From Phoronis australis (Eukaryota; Animalia; Phoronida), in contig NMRA01000047.1 of NCBI GenBank assembly GCA_002633005.1, positions 707,326-771,325 of the forward strand: a stretch of 64,000 bases of DNA. Reading direction: 5' to 3'. Each line of letters begins with the position of its first letter. The stretch's first letter is position 1. Below the pieces are notes generated by a model. It did not search any database, was not told where the DNA came from, and worked only from the letters and a program-made list of their open reading frames with translations. The position numbers and the translations under genes were made by a program. Positions 48,472 to 60,969 of the stretch are shown here, piece by piece.

Positions 48472-51400
48472 GTAATAATACTCATTTATTTCATTTCCTT
48501 TTACTCCTTATTGAAATTTGAATCTGCCTTGATCATGAATCAAGTCAGTGAAATTGGTATAGAAACTTTCTCTCGTTATAGAATTTCAGTATTCAAGTGC
48601 TTGAATAGCGCTGTTTTTCGTCACAAGATGCCAGCTTGTGTGGATACAATGATAAAAATACCCCATTGTCTTTGAGTTCAGCTACACCAATAACAGACTT
48701 TGTTTTCATCAACATAGTTTTAATGAATAGAATTTTGGAAGCATGTGCGTGCAAGGTGTCACTTATTGTGGTCAAGTTAATATGTCTTGGGTACCTTAGG
48801 TCACTGAATATTTATGCTTTCAAGCTTTTGTTTCTGTGGCTGTCTCAGAGATACTAGTTAACATTATCTGTATTTGTTACCAATGTTCATTAAAAATACA
48901 ATAATGCGGACTGCTCTCTATTTTGTACAAAAAATAAAGTTTATTCAATTAAGTTGGATCTTAAAAAACTGTTCTTTCATTTGCCATAATTTTCTTTTGT
49001 ATCATTCTTCAGATCGGATGCCGAAAACAAACTCAGAATTACCGTCCAAGCTTAATATCGACAATAGCGTTTCGAAGTGATTTCTCAACTGTTGAGTCAT
49101 TGTTGGCCTGTCGTAACATTAGCAATGAATGCCCTTTGACATAGTAAGGAAGCTACGTATTTCACCCCTATGGAAAAATAGGCCATTTGCACAGTATCAA
49201 TATCAGTATGTGGAATTAATTAAATTTTTGTCGTGTTTGTTTTGGGTTACCCTGTACTTAAACAGAATGGCGTAAATAAATGTGAATGTCTTAGTTCTCT
49301 TTATAGTGATTCAAGTTTTAACAACATGAAAGAATTGGACTCCTTGGTATTCAAAGTAGACACAGTCAATGGGTAGAGGCATAGGGTTAATAATTTCACC
49401 TTCCAGTTAATAGCTTTATGAGGGTGGGTGACTGGCTCTGTTTCATCTCCCGGTGTAGAGATAGATTTGAATCAGACTTGTCAATGATCACAATAGCAGT
49501 GTTCCCTTGCATTTGAGATTCTTGAAAATGTCCCTGGAATCTGTTTACAGAAATTCCACTAATCTGTTTGTGAGAATCCCAGCAAGTTCTGTAGATCTAA
49601 TCTGAAAGCTTTGGAAATGCCCTTGTCAGACTGTTCCATTGGCGGATTAAGGATACCATAAGGGGGTTCAACATGTTGCCGCGGGGAATTAGGCAAGTGC
49701 GATTGTATGTGCACAGGCGGCCTGAAAGTCGGGTATGTGGACCTTCTGCTCAGCAAATCTATCGGTTGACCAAAAAAAAACAAAAAAAAAACTAAAACAG
49801 GAGCATGATCCTGCCGCCACAGGTCCTACTTGCTGAACTCAATATTTCTTCATGCTGTAGCTGTTTCAATTTGCTTGTGGCAGCCACCATGTTCTGACAT
49901 CTATGAGACTGTCAACTTTGTAGCTGGATTTCACCCTGTATTTTTTAGTATTTATACGCGTGTGATGTTTTTGTTGTTACTGCATGCGCCCCTTTATTTG
50001 CCAGATATTGCTGACAACAGGGATGTGCAACGTATAAAGCAGGATGATATCTGGTTAAAACAGTTTCTGCATGTGCGCAAATATAACATCGAGCATGCCC
50101 TCACGTTGATGGAGACAAGTCTGAAGTGGAGGAAGGAGATTGAGATTAATGGTAATTTGTGTGCCTCACTGTCTGTCTATTAAGATTATGTTGGACACCA
50201 TTGACAGGTCTTTGCATTTATCCAAATATCTACAAAAATATGAATTTAATTTAGTAGTTATATGTAAATTTCGGACTAGTCAAATAAAACCGAATCGCTA
50301 GATTCCGTCATTCATATCTTGTACTTATATTGCCTGCTATTTGTTATTTATTTAATTATTATTTTTATTTAATCATGTTGTCTTATACTTTTAGTATCTT
50401 CTATTTATTGTTTGTTTATTATTTATTTTGTTTCGTCAGTCTTTCCATGTCAGTTTCATATTCATCATTGATCGTTTAAGTCTTGTCTTTCAGTTTTGTA
50501 AGTCTGTTTGTGTGTCTTACTGTCTGTGTATGTTTTTAATGAAGACCCTCACTGAAAGAAATGAAAACTGATGGGTTACCGTCATTGTAAATATCACAAT
50601 AACTAAGTAAATAAATGAATGAATTCGAGTATAGTGAAGTCTGACTTATCTGAAGGCCTGAACGCACAGACTAGAACAACTGTATGGCCGAATTTTGTCC
50701 AAGTTGAGCAAGCATTTTTAAAAGTAGCATTTGTGATAAGAAAACCATAGCATATGAAAGTTTCATTTGATTGCAATCAGTCATTTGTGAGATATGAAGT
50801 TCCAAGTTTAGCCAAATCTTGCCATTCTTCATAGTTACTTGAATGGATTTTTCTTATTTTAGTTACATGGGGCTACCCAGATAGTCCCAGTAACACTTTA
50901 GCAATGCAAGAATAGAGAATCTGATCACTCCAATATGTTTTTCACTCTCATGTTCATGTTCTACTGCAAATGATGTGGTGTTCTTAACTTCATCATTTGG
51001 TGGTGAAGAGTTCATGAAAAAGTGAAGCTTTATTGCTTGTTAATCTGATTCAGCATCACCATCGCATTACCAACTGACTACGTGACAAACATATGTGTCA
51101 TATTTCGAACCTGCTATTTGTGACTGTGACCTCTCAGATTGGAAGAGTTCACCACTGATTTTATTTCAGATATTAGTGAACAGAATTTATCAGAAGAAGT
51201 CCTTTCCAAGGGGTCCATATATTTCCACAGCTGTGATAAAGACAACCATGATATTTGTAAGTAGCTGTACCGCGTAGTCACTTACAGGAGTCCTGGATTT
51301 TGAGAACCAGTTTGGTGCCCATTATTCAGGGGAGAAAACTGGTTCTCAATATGTGGGATCCCTGTATGTGACTATTGATACCCAAAAACATGCTATTTGT

Positions 51401-54400
51401 GTGTTCATAGGTTCATTGAACTACATCATACTAGTCCATACTTGTAATAGAGTTTATGACATTTATGGCTGTAAAGAATTCCATTATTCGTGAATTGATG
51501 AAAAACTAACAAGAAAAAAGAGGTACTTGAATTTGAGTACTCTACAGATGTTGTGAAGTTATGGATCTTATTGCCATTGGGATTGCATCATATTCCATTG
51601 TTGCAGTATATTTAAGAGTCAAGGACAACAAGAAAGACCCAGAACTCTGTAGGCAGGTGAAGAGGTACCTGGCCTATTTGTTGGAAGAGCACCATACAAA
51701 ACAGAAGGAAGAGCGGATAGTTGTTTTAATGGACGCTACTGACATGGGCCTTAGTAACGTGGTAAGTGCCTCCTGCTGATCTCATACTAGTGTACCGTTT
51801 TACACTACCGTCTGTCACAGAGCCATCTGTAGAACAGAATGGTTCTGTGACAGGGTGATGACCGATACACAGAAATTCGTGTGTGGACATCAGCGCGCAT
51901 GCCTCAGTGTAGATGTTTGTCGTAACCGTATGGTTTGGAAATGAATTGGAAAGTATAGTGATTAGTGTTGTTTTGTTTATAATAAACTGAAGTGTTACAA
52001 AATGCAAACTATTGTGTAGTGTTTTTACTGTTGCAGCAGCCGCAATCCACAGAGTAATTACTTAATAGATGGAGCAGTAGACTGATATATCAACCATTTG
52101 GAATGTTCAAATGTTATTTTCCAACCAATAGGAATACCCAGATGTTATTTTCCAACCAATAGGAATGTCCAAATATGACTTCTTTACAGTTGCAGCTGCA
52201 TTTTGCCTTTTTAAACTGGCTGAAAATGAAAGACAAATTAGGCCTTTTACTGTCATAAAACTGGTCTCACTATATTCCTTACGATGACAGAATTCTATAT
52301 CTATTTCCAACTCAAGTCACAAGTTATGCAGTAATGCACCTTTATGGCATTTGCAATTTTAGGGTTGGCTAACCCTGACGATTTTGAAGTGTTTTCCTGA
52401 ATCGCTGATGGTTTCACTGTTCTTGTTCGTCGTGGAAACCATGTGAAATGCAGCTTTAATGGACAAAAAGCCATGTCACATGATCCTGTCGCTGTGCTAC
52501 CCTTCATAGCAAGAGAGTACCTCTTGCACTTGCCTAGATGTATCCGGTAGACTTGTACATAAAGACTAAATAACATTTACTTGTATCACATTGGTATTGT
52601 ATATTCCATTGTAGGACATGGATCTACTGAGATTTGAAATCACGTGCTTCACCACGTATTTCCCCTGCTTATTAGGTGATTATCTTCTACGTCGCTAGCG
52701 TAGCTTGAAGACAGTACTTGCTCAATAAGATTATCAAAGAGAGTATTATGTTGTATTTGTATAAAAACTCCTTCAATATTTACAAACTTATCACTGCGAT
52801 GCTCTGATGGTTTTTTTAGAAGTAGCATAATCGTATGTTATCACAATACGAGTTTGTATTTTATATTCTTTATTTGAAATCTTGAGAAAGTTAATAAGGG
52901 CAGCAGAACTTTAAAATTAAGTCACGCCATCTTGTGCTTTCAATTAGTAACTATTCAATCACTGTGCCCCCATTTGGCTAATTTCATTTTTTTGTTTCTC
53001 TTTCACCCAAACTGTAAAAGTAGCTGTAATTTTAGCTCGAAAGTTGTACTTGCAAATATTTTGTTGACCATAACGTCTGATCAGTCTGTAGTTATCGCCG
53101 TAAAAAAGGAAATATTGATTTTCTTTCAGAATATATGCTTATCCATGAAATGCCTTGGTTAGCAAATGGTAAGTTTGTTTTACTTAATAAATACAAAGCA
53201 TTTTCCCACCAAAATGTGTGTATATTGTATGATTTTATTCAACAGCTTTTTATTTTAAAAAAATTGTATGTGCCACTGCAATGTGTTATTTCCTTAAATT
53301 CTTCGTGTTATGTTGCATGGTATTTTTTAGTCGTTTGAGAAATTGTGATAATGCAGAGTGTAATTCTTCCTCAGTGAAACATAGTGAGGTCGTGAATACA
53401 TGATGAAATCTGTCCAAGTTCAGATAAGGAACAGCTGCAATTTCATTTTCTTCATTTTTCAAAGGCTTCTAATATCGTTGTGAATAAATGAGTTGAACCC
53501 CAGTATAAGCCTGAACCCACATAGTCTGGTTGAAGATAACGAGTTGATTGAAGAGCGTGATGGGCATGCTGCAATATTCTGTTGAAGACGCTCGCATATG
53601 TGTTGTGATCCACTGTGCTGCATAGGGATGACCGATGTCAAGCGCAATGAAAGTTGAATATTTTCATTTGTTTTGTGAGTTTTGTAGACTTTATTTCAAT
53701 GTCCTTGGCAGTTATTTTCCGTATCTGGGCCCCCTTGTTGTTGTGAATTCCGGGAGTTTTTCACCCTTTTGAATGATTGTAGTTACGTATAGCATAGAAC
53801 ATAAAAATTGTAAAACTTTCTTTTGGTGCCACCTATCAGCTGTGAAATAATGAGAAAATGACAATTTTCACCCGTTACTGCAGCCTACACTGGTGAGATT
53901 TTACAGTGTGCAAGTCATACATTGTTTGATTTTCTTCTTCTTGTTTGCTAGCAATCTGGAAAGTTGTCAAGACATGGCTGAGTGCAGAACAGCAGAAGAG
54001 GGTTCTGTTCTGTAAAAAGAGCGACATTCAGGAATACATCAACAAAGACAAGCTGTGGGTGCACATGGGAGGCACAGTAAGTGGGGTGCAATCTGGCTAG
54101 GAGGGGAATTTTGTGTCCAGAAATAATCTCTGAAATACAGTATGATTGAACTGACCATTTGACCTCTGTAGGAAGTCTAATGAAACTCGAGCTGTTTCTA
54201 TGTTATCCGTCAGATATGGACACCGACAATAGTGGGTATTTATATTAAAAATCTTGTGGCAGAAAGTAGGACAATAGTCGCTTACAGCGTTGCTAGATTT
54301 TGAGAACCAATTGGTACTTGTTTTTCAGTGGAGAAAACTGGTTCTCAAAATGCGGGACCTCCGTAATTGACTATTGCCAATATTGCCTGTTCTCAAAATT

Positions 54401-57400
54401 GTAGGAAATTCTGCAAGACATGGCTTTATTTCAGAGGGTTTTTTTGCAAAAGGATATCTGTGTTCAGTTTGTCAGATAATACTTATTTTGTCGGAATGTT
54501 AAAAGACTTATCTTAATGGGATCCTCAATCAAAGAATTAGAAGTCTTTTATATGCCACAAATTGGTTACATTGCTTGACCTACCATTGAAAAGATTTCTG
54601 TCCCAACCGGGGCTCAAACCTCAGGACTTTCTGAAGTCATAAATATAGTTTGTTATTGAATAACAAATTTAGTGAACAGTTTTGGCTCGTTAGATAGTAT
54701 GTCATTTAATGGAATGTGTTTTAAATATGAACCTGTAATGTTTAGATTTTTATTTTCACCACTAGAGAGCACGCCAGGTGGTAAATCAAGATGAGGTTGT
54801 TGACCTTGACATTCATCAATGAAAAAGCGGGACATTTTGATCTAGGGACAAATATCCATCTAAACTGCCACAAATAGCATTACAATGGCATTTCTTTTTA
54901 GTCGTGCCTGTAGAATGTGCCACGGAAATAATGATATGTGGTAGGGACCAGCGCAACATATGCAGATTGATGTAATAGCATCACGAATGTAGAAAAGCAG
55001 GGCATTCAGGTACTGTTGTGGGATGCGATACAAAGCTTCAAAAAGGGTGAGAGTCCGTGCCATGTTTGGGACAGTTGGCAACCATGTGACATTAGGAGGC
55101 AGACTTTTGGATCCAAAACGTGACATTTTCCCGTGCCATGCGTGGAAGAATGGAATACAAACGTGAGCATATTGCCCATGACTAATAGTGTTCATTTCTG
55201 TGCTAGGACAATTTCGAGTACAAATACACCCCCAAGTCTCACCTATCTAATGGTGATTCAGAGACCTCAAGTGCAATTGAACAGTCAGTTGAGGGACAGG
55301 TAAGTGAGGGCCTCACACGCTCCTCATCCTGGCCTAGCCAAGCTGATCAACCGACTTCAACAAAGAAGGTGAGCTTCTTCCATTCATTTTCATACTATTC
55401 AAAACATCAATTTCTTATCAGTCTTTTTATAAAGGCGTTAGAAATGCTGCAGATTGTCAAACGGATATGAATTATTAACGTAATCACTTAATTACTTAAT
55501 CTCTAATTCCTGTTAAAAATCTTATTTAGAAAAAACTGAAAAATTCTGAATATTGATTGCCACAGTAGGTGACACCAGGTGCCCAGCTGCATTAAACAGT
55601 CCCAAATAGGGACTCGTCTAAGTTCACTAAATCTACTGCGTATTTTTTGGCTTGTTGAAATACTGATTGTCCTTTCTTATGCTGTTATAGTTTCATTACT
55701 AAGTCAGTTTTTGACTTTGTGGTACAAATCGGGAGTGAACTCTGTGTTGAATTCTCAATATCATTGAAAATAAGTAGGGACGCCCCTAATTTAGGGACTA
55801 AGTCCCACTTTATTTTCATTGAACTAAGGGCTCAGTTTTTCATTGTGTTATTAGAAAATGTCGTTAGTGAACAATGATCTCATAATTAAGAGAAAATTAT
55901 TATACAAGAAGATACGGTGATTCTTCAGTTATTTAGCTCACAATATGGCTGATATTTGAAATTATATGTTGTCAAATTTCTCCACAAAAATAAAGATTAA
56001 GAAAATTTTTTTCAGTTACTAGCATGGTTTGTATTGTGTGGATGTCGTCAAACACTTTTCGGTAGATCTTTCACTATTTGTAGTAAAGTAATCAGCCTTT
56101 GAGAAATGGAAAATAACAATTTTGGCGATTATTTTGGTGAGAACTAAGTGGATAATTACCGTACACATGTGAGTAAAGAACGACACAAATACGTAAAAGA
56201 TTTAGGGAACTTAGTTTAGTCATGTTTGCTACTTATTGCTTAAATGATTTTCATTTTAGGCATGTCGTTACAAATGACTCGACAATTCTTCCCTCATTCC
56301 CAAATCTTATCATTTTTTCAGCATGTTACATTCAACGAATCGTCCCTGCTCAATACCAGTTCACGTACCCCCACAGCTCCCAGGGGACTGGCACCACCGT
56401 TCTTACAGACCAGGTAAAGTTTGAGTTGTGTAGTTCAGGCAGATGCCAACATTTTTGCTGTTTTCTTCACGTAAAATGCAAATCCTTGAGTATTTTATTG
56501 ACACATTTTTGCTTTCACATTTTACTTTTTCAGCTAAATCACCCTTTCATTTTTGTGCACCCATATATATATACTTACATTTTGCACCACCTGGTAGCCA
56601 TTTTTAATTTAGAGTCCATTTTTTGGCATCTGGCTCTCTATCCGCCAAACCACTCGAAGGTTCATGATGAAAATCTGCAGATGTTTTCTTGCCTAGAAGG
56701 CCATAGCTGTTTTTCGTGAGGTCAGACTACTGTGGCACCTCCTAGTGGTAATTTTGTTGTTTTTGCATCCGTGTCTGTATCTCCTTAACTGTTTGCAGGA
56801 TCTTTTGGCAAGTCTTTTTTATGAATGTGACAACAGATGACCACAAGTTTTGGACGGAACTGACTACCACACATTTTTGATGAGAATATCACAGATGATG
56901 TTGTTTTGCCCCCTAGTGGCAATGTTGTTTCTTGCATCCAAGGCTGTATCTCCTAAACTATGCAAGATCTTTGTGAAATTCAGCAACCGTTTTTCTTGCT
57001 CTGCCCTCTAGTGGCAATTTTAGTTTTTAGTGTTTGCCTATGTACCTTCATAGTTCTGTCAAACCACTCAGGATCATTATGAAAATTGGCTGGTGTGACC
57101 CTACTGATTTAACCACAGCTGACATTGGTTTTCAGAAGGGCCTGACTGCTGTAGCAACGTCTAGTCTGTGGCATATTTTTGTATCTGTGACTGTATCTTC
57201 TTAACTCCTTGCAGGATCTTTCTATGGCAGGTATATTCCTATGAATTTGACCCCAGCCGATGACTTCTTTCGGAAGGATTTGACAACCAATATGTCTCCA
57301 AGTGGCAATTTGATTTCTTATGTTTGTCTCTGTATCTTTGGAGTTGCTTGATGAATTTTGGTGAAATTTAACAATGTCTTCTCATTTTTGGGTGCCATCT

Positions 57401-60400
57401 AGTGGCCATTTTTGTGATACCAATAAACACCCCTCTAAGCATACCATTTGAGAAGCAGTCGTGAATACATTTCAACGCTTTGTGTTTGCTATCGTTAAAT
57501 AAATCAAAGACGACCCTACAGTATAATGTCAAAATATCTACAATAAACACTCTTGGATTATTGGGAGACCTACACATATTGACCACTCACTTGACTAGTG
57601 ACATGCTTTTTCACTCTCTTATTGTCTTTTTGTTACAGTTGTACTGGCGATATAAACTTCCCAGTGGCGAGCGGAACAGAGAGTCGATATGTATTAACGT
57701 TAACTAACTCCAGGTCTAAGCCAGTTGCATTCAAGGTACAGTTAATAAAAAATAATGATCAATGGCAGCCAGTGAGAATCTCTGTCACTATTTTCTTGCA
57801 ATATGCATTTCACATTGCAGGGCATTGTTGCCCAATTACATGGTGACAAAATGGTAGTTCATCAAAATCCTTGTATCAAAAAGGTTGTTTTTTATGGCGT
57901 TGATTGTTGATCTTTGGAATACTACTGTATGGGGCTTTAAGCAACGAATTTGTTTTAAACAAATTTGGTTTTCTATCTTTACATTGTCTTTAGTTGTTAT
58001 TAATTGATTCTACTAACACATTCATATTTTTTTGAAATTCCTCTTGACTTGTCTATTAACTTACAGCTTGCATTTTCCATAGAGCGTAGCTGCTCTTAAG
58101 ACACAAACACACATCACTTGTAGCCTATTGAATTTAGCTCAGCTGTAATTTTTCTCCAGGTAAAGACCACCACTCCTGCAGGGTACAGGGTGCGACCAGG
58201 GTCTGACACTGTTCAACCAGGGACCAGCAGTGTTGTGGAGATCGTCTGCCTTCCAGGTTCAGTAGTTTGCATGTGACCCAGTATGTCCCACTGTGGGGAG
58301 TTGTGCGGCAATAAAATCTCATATTGCCTAAATATGTATTGTTAATTATCACTTAAAGAACTGTAAAAATCACCCATTTTGGCAATTTAAGTGAAAGAAT
58401 ATGAATCTATTTGTCAGGAGAGTGTTTATGTATGACAGTGTGGTTGCAACCTGCCCCGTTCCATTGGAGGGTATAATATATGAATTTGAAAATTGCGTTC
58501 ACAGCATACATGTGCATAACTGACACCAATCTTGTCGTTATTATCACATGAAGCCATTATTGCATTTCAGTTTATATGTGATTCGGTTCCAGAATGTTCC
58601 TAATTTGGATGGAACGTTACCACCGTCTCACTTCAATATTTTCCTCCACTGTCCTCTCATTAGCCCTGCAACAACGGTGATAAACTAACAGTTGTCTATT
58701 AGAATAATTCATATTTTTTCATTGTTTAATTATTAGTATTCCTGGTTTAATAAATGTCCATGGCTCTGTTTAACAGCGTTTTACATATTCATTGTGTTTA
58801 CGATCTAGCCAATAATTAACTTTTTTCCTTTTATTACCGATTAAAGAAGATACTTTGTATGAAACGACGGTAGATTGGTAATTCCCCATTTTTTGGAATG
58901 TTGGTTCTTGAAAACCCCAATTGGCTGGTCATGTCTGTTTTTAGGATTGGTACAGAATTTACGAATAATTTTGCTGTTAATTTACTTTGTCACGTGTATT
59001 TCCTCTTTAGCTCACCAAGACAAGTGCTCAAAAGATCGCTTCCTGCTAATGGCTGCTGAAGTGGAGAGTGAGGAGTTTGATATGCGTTATGTGCCATCAG
59101 AAAAGTTATACACAAATAGGTGAAGAAAGTTCATCCAGTTATCACATTTTTTAAAGTGTGTGGTTCAAAACACTGAAAAGCATTTGAATACATTTTATGC
59201 GTCCTTTTATTTGTTAAGGGTTCTTTGAAACTGCTTTATGCTAAGTTTAGCTGGCTAAAAAATGAAAATCGAATTTGGCCTTTCACTGGCATTAAATTAG
59301 TCTCATAATATTCCTTACCATGTTAGGATTCTATTTCCGTTGGTAATGGAAATAGAATTCTATCACAATTAGAAATAGTATGAGATCGGTTCTATGAGAG
59401 CAAAAGGCCTAATTCTATTTTTTAGCCAACTAAACAGGGTGAAAAGTAAGTTGTTGCCTCTCACATTACAAACATGTCCCATTTAGTTTCAACTACAGAA
59501 AGAGAGAAAGAGCAGTTTTCAAAAATGCTCATATCAATCTGGTCTGCTGTTAAGCATTCCTAGCAGTCCTTTGTCCAGCATCACCCACACGCACACACAC
59601 ACACGCACACGCACACGCACGCACACACACACACACACACACAAACAGATGTCATTGCTGATGTGATAATTAATCTCTGCTTCACACAGGTAGAATTTAG
59701 ATCAGAGGTCATGATAATGCTATGGGTTGGCGCTGCCAGTTCTTGTACGGGTCTGTTGACAAAGTGCCATATTTCTAATAACGTTTTCGTGCATATTGTT
59801 TATTTGTTGTGTATGCTTTTATATTTGTTTTCGCACTGACTGTAAGGCCCTTATGGCAGTGTCCAGCTGATTAGGTTGATACACTTTTAAATGTATCTGT
59901 TAAAGATGCTGTTTTCAATAACTTTGCCTCAAGGATAGTTGAATGACGGGCATCATGATGTGTCAAGTGACTTGTGCAATGAATATGTGAGCAGGACCTT
60001 TCTTCCATGCTTGTAGTAACGTCGTTATTTTTTGACCAGATACAATGTGACTTACGGACAAAGTGAGAGCGCTGTGTCTGTTGATGCAGGGACCAAGTCT
60101 GGGGGCTCCAGTGACATTGCTCAACTTGCCAGGAAGGTAAACTTGCAGAGTGTTCTGTAGACCTAGTTTCTCTCAAGAAAAACCAGATCTTGCATGACTG
60201 CACAAAATCACACGAGTGAGAAACGCGTGTTTCACATGTATGCTCAGGAGCTTACTAACCTGTCCTAGCAAAATGGCGACCACTGAAGTGATTGGTTGGT
60301 GAGGTCGGAGTGTTGAATTATGGGATTGTATTCAGCTGTGTTTAGTTGAGTTTGGCTGGATCCAATTGTATTCAATGACATTTAAAAAGTATCCATTATC

Positions 60401-60969
60401 ATTTAAAAGCACTTGTTTGGTATAGATGTTATGAATAGTGATTGGAGAGCTTCTGTGATTGCTGCATGTGTAAATGCGTTTCATAATAACTCTGTGCATC
60501 TTTGTTACATACCGTAAAGTTTCAAGAAGACAGTGTTGACTCATTCAACCGCGTGTTCAGCACATTCTGTAATAAATTATTTCTTTCGTAAGACAGCCAA
60601 GTATTGTGAATTACGTTGTATTAGTTGTAACCTTTACAGTTTGCTGTCCATACAGTTGTGTGATTTGTTGTTTTGTGATTTGTTGTTGTGGGATGTCTAA
60701 TACAAAATTGCAAGCTACTAAACCAATTGTTTTTCACTCAACTTTCCTTCTCTTCACAGGTGGACCAGTTGTTTGACCAACAGAAGAGACATGAAGCGGA
60801 TCTTGCCAAGTTACAAACAACCGTGAACCTGGTTCTCTATATTCTAGTAGCTTTACTTGCTTTAACATGCCTTTATGTAATGTTTATGTATTTGACTGGA
60901 AGCAGCGCATCTGTAGAGGACACCTGTGTTTCTAGTCCAGCAGCAAAATATGAAAAATCAGTCAGTTGA
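48417..60969 (+). CDS. MOSPD2: Motile sperm domain-containing protein 2 (CRAL-TRIO + MSP + C-terminal TM), ~510 aa; first exon not visible
   Basis: 14 phase-consistent exons. Matches recalled human MOSPD2: RDVQRIKQDD.W, SLKWRKE, DMDLLRF..CFTTYFP, EMPWL, WKVVKTWL, HMGGTD.F.Y, VAFKVKTTTP..YRVRP, KDRFLLMAAE, terminal TM helix. Confidence 0.93.
50005..50151 (+). CDS. MOSPD2: MOSPD2 exon
   Basis: DIADNRDVQRIKQDDIWL...WRKEIEIN. Confidence 0.92.
51170..51256 (+). CDS. MOSPD2: MOSPD2 exon
   Basis: ISEQNLSEEVLSKGSIYFHSCDKDNHDI. Confidence 0.9.
51275..51374. mobile_element. ~100-bp hairpin MITE; second copy at 54275-54373
   Basis: TAGTC.CTTAC...TTGAGAACCAG...CTGGTTCTCAA...GTA..TGACTA in both copies. 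Confidence 0.75.
51607..51761 (+). CDS. MOSPD2: MOSPD2 exon
   Basis: YLRVKDNKKD...VVLMDATDMGLSNV. Confidence 0.92.
52615..52675 (+). CDS. MOSPD2: MOSPD2 exon
   Basis: DMDLLRFEITCFTTYFPCLL. Confidence 0.92.
53130..53168 (+). CDS. MOSPD2: MOSPD2 39-nt exon
   Basis: EYMLIHEMPWLAN; TTTCAG acceptor, GTAAGT donor. Confidence 0.9.
53952..54076 (+). CDS. MOSPD2: MOSPD2 exon
   Basis: IWKVVKTWL...HMGGT. Confidence 0.93.
55207..55368 (+). CDS. MOSPD2: MOSPD2 linker exon (alternative donor after 55299)
   Basis: DNFEYKY...; in-frame donors CAG|GTAAGT (55299) and AAG|GTGAGC (55368). Confidence 0.8.
56322..56413 (+). CDS. MOSPD2: MOSPD2 exon
   Basis: HVTFNES...PPFLQT; phase 0/2. Confidence 0.8.
56551..57496 (+). 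mobile_element. HINE/DINE-1-like copy in a MOSPD2 intron
   Basis: Degenerate 5' end; same internal units with CC(C/T)CTAGTGG motifs (56584, 56735, 56907, 57002, 57392); 3' end GTGAATACATTTCAACGCTTTGTGTTTG. Confidence 0.72.
57639..57735 (+). CDS. MOSPD2: MOSPD2 exon (MSP domain)
   Basis: CTGDINF...LTLTNSRSKPVAFK. Confidence 0.92.
58160..58256 (+). CDS. MOSPD2: MOSPD2 exon (MSP domain)
   Basis: VKTTTPAGYRVRPGSDTVQPG. Confidence 0.92.
59011..59119 (+). CDS. MOSPD2: MOSPD2 exon (MSP domain)
   Basis: HQDKCSKDRFLLMAAEV. Confidence 0.9.
59586..59644. repeat. (CA)/(CGCA) microsatellite
   Basis: Direct reading. Confidence 0.9.
60040..60136 (+). CDS. MOSPD2: MOSPD2 exon
   Basis: YNVTYGQ...IAQLARK; phase 2/0. 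Confidence 0.8.
60760..60969 (+). CDS. MOSPD2: MOSPD2 last exon (coiled coil + TM)
   Basis: VDQLFDQQKR...VLYILVALLALTCLYVMFMYL...SVS*. Confidence 0.9.
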   Translation: MDQLFDQQKRHEADLAKLQTTVNLVLYILVALLALTCLYVMFMYLTGSSASVEDTCVSSPAAKYEKSVS

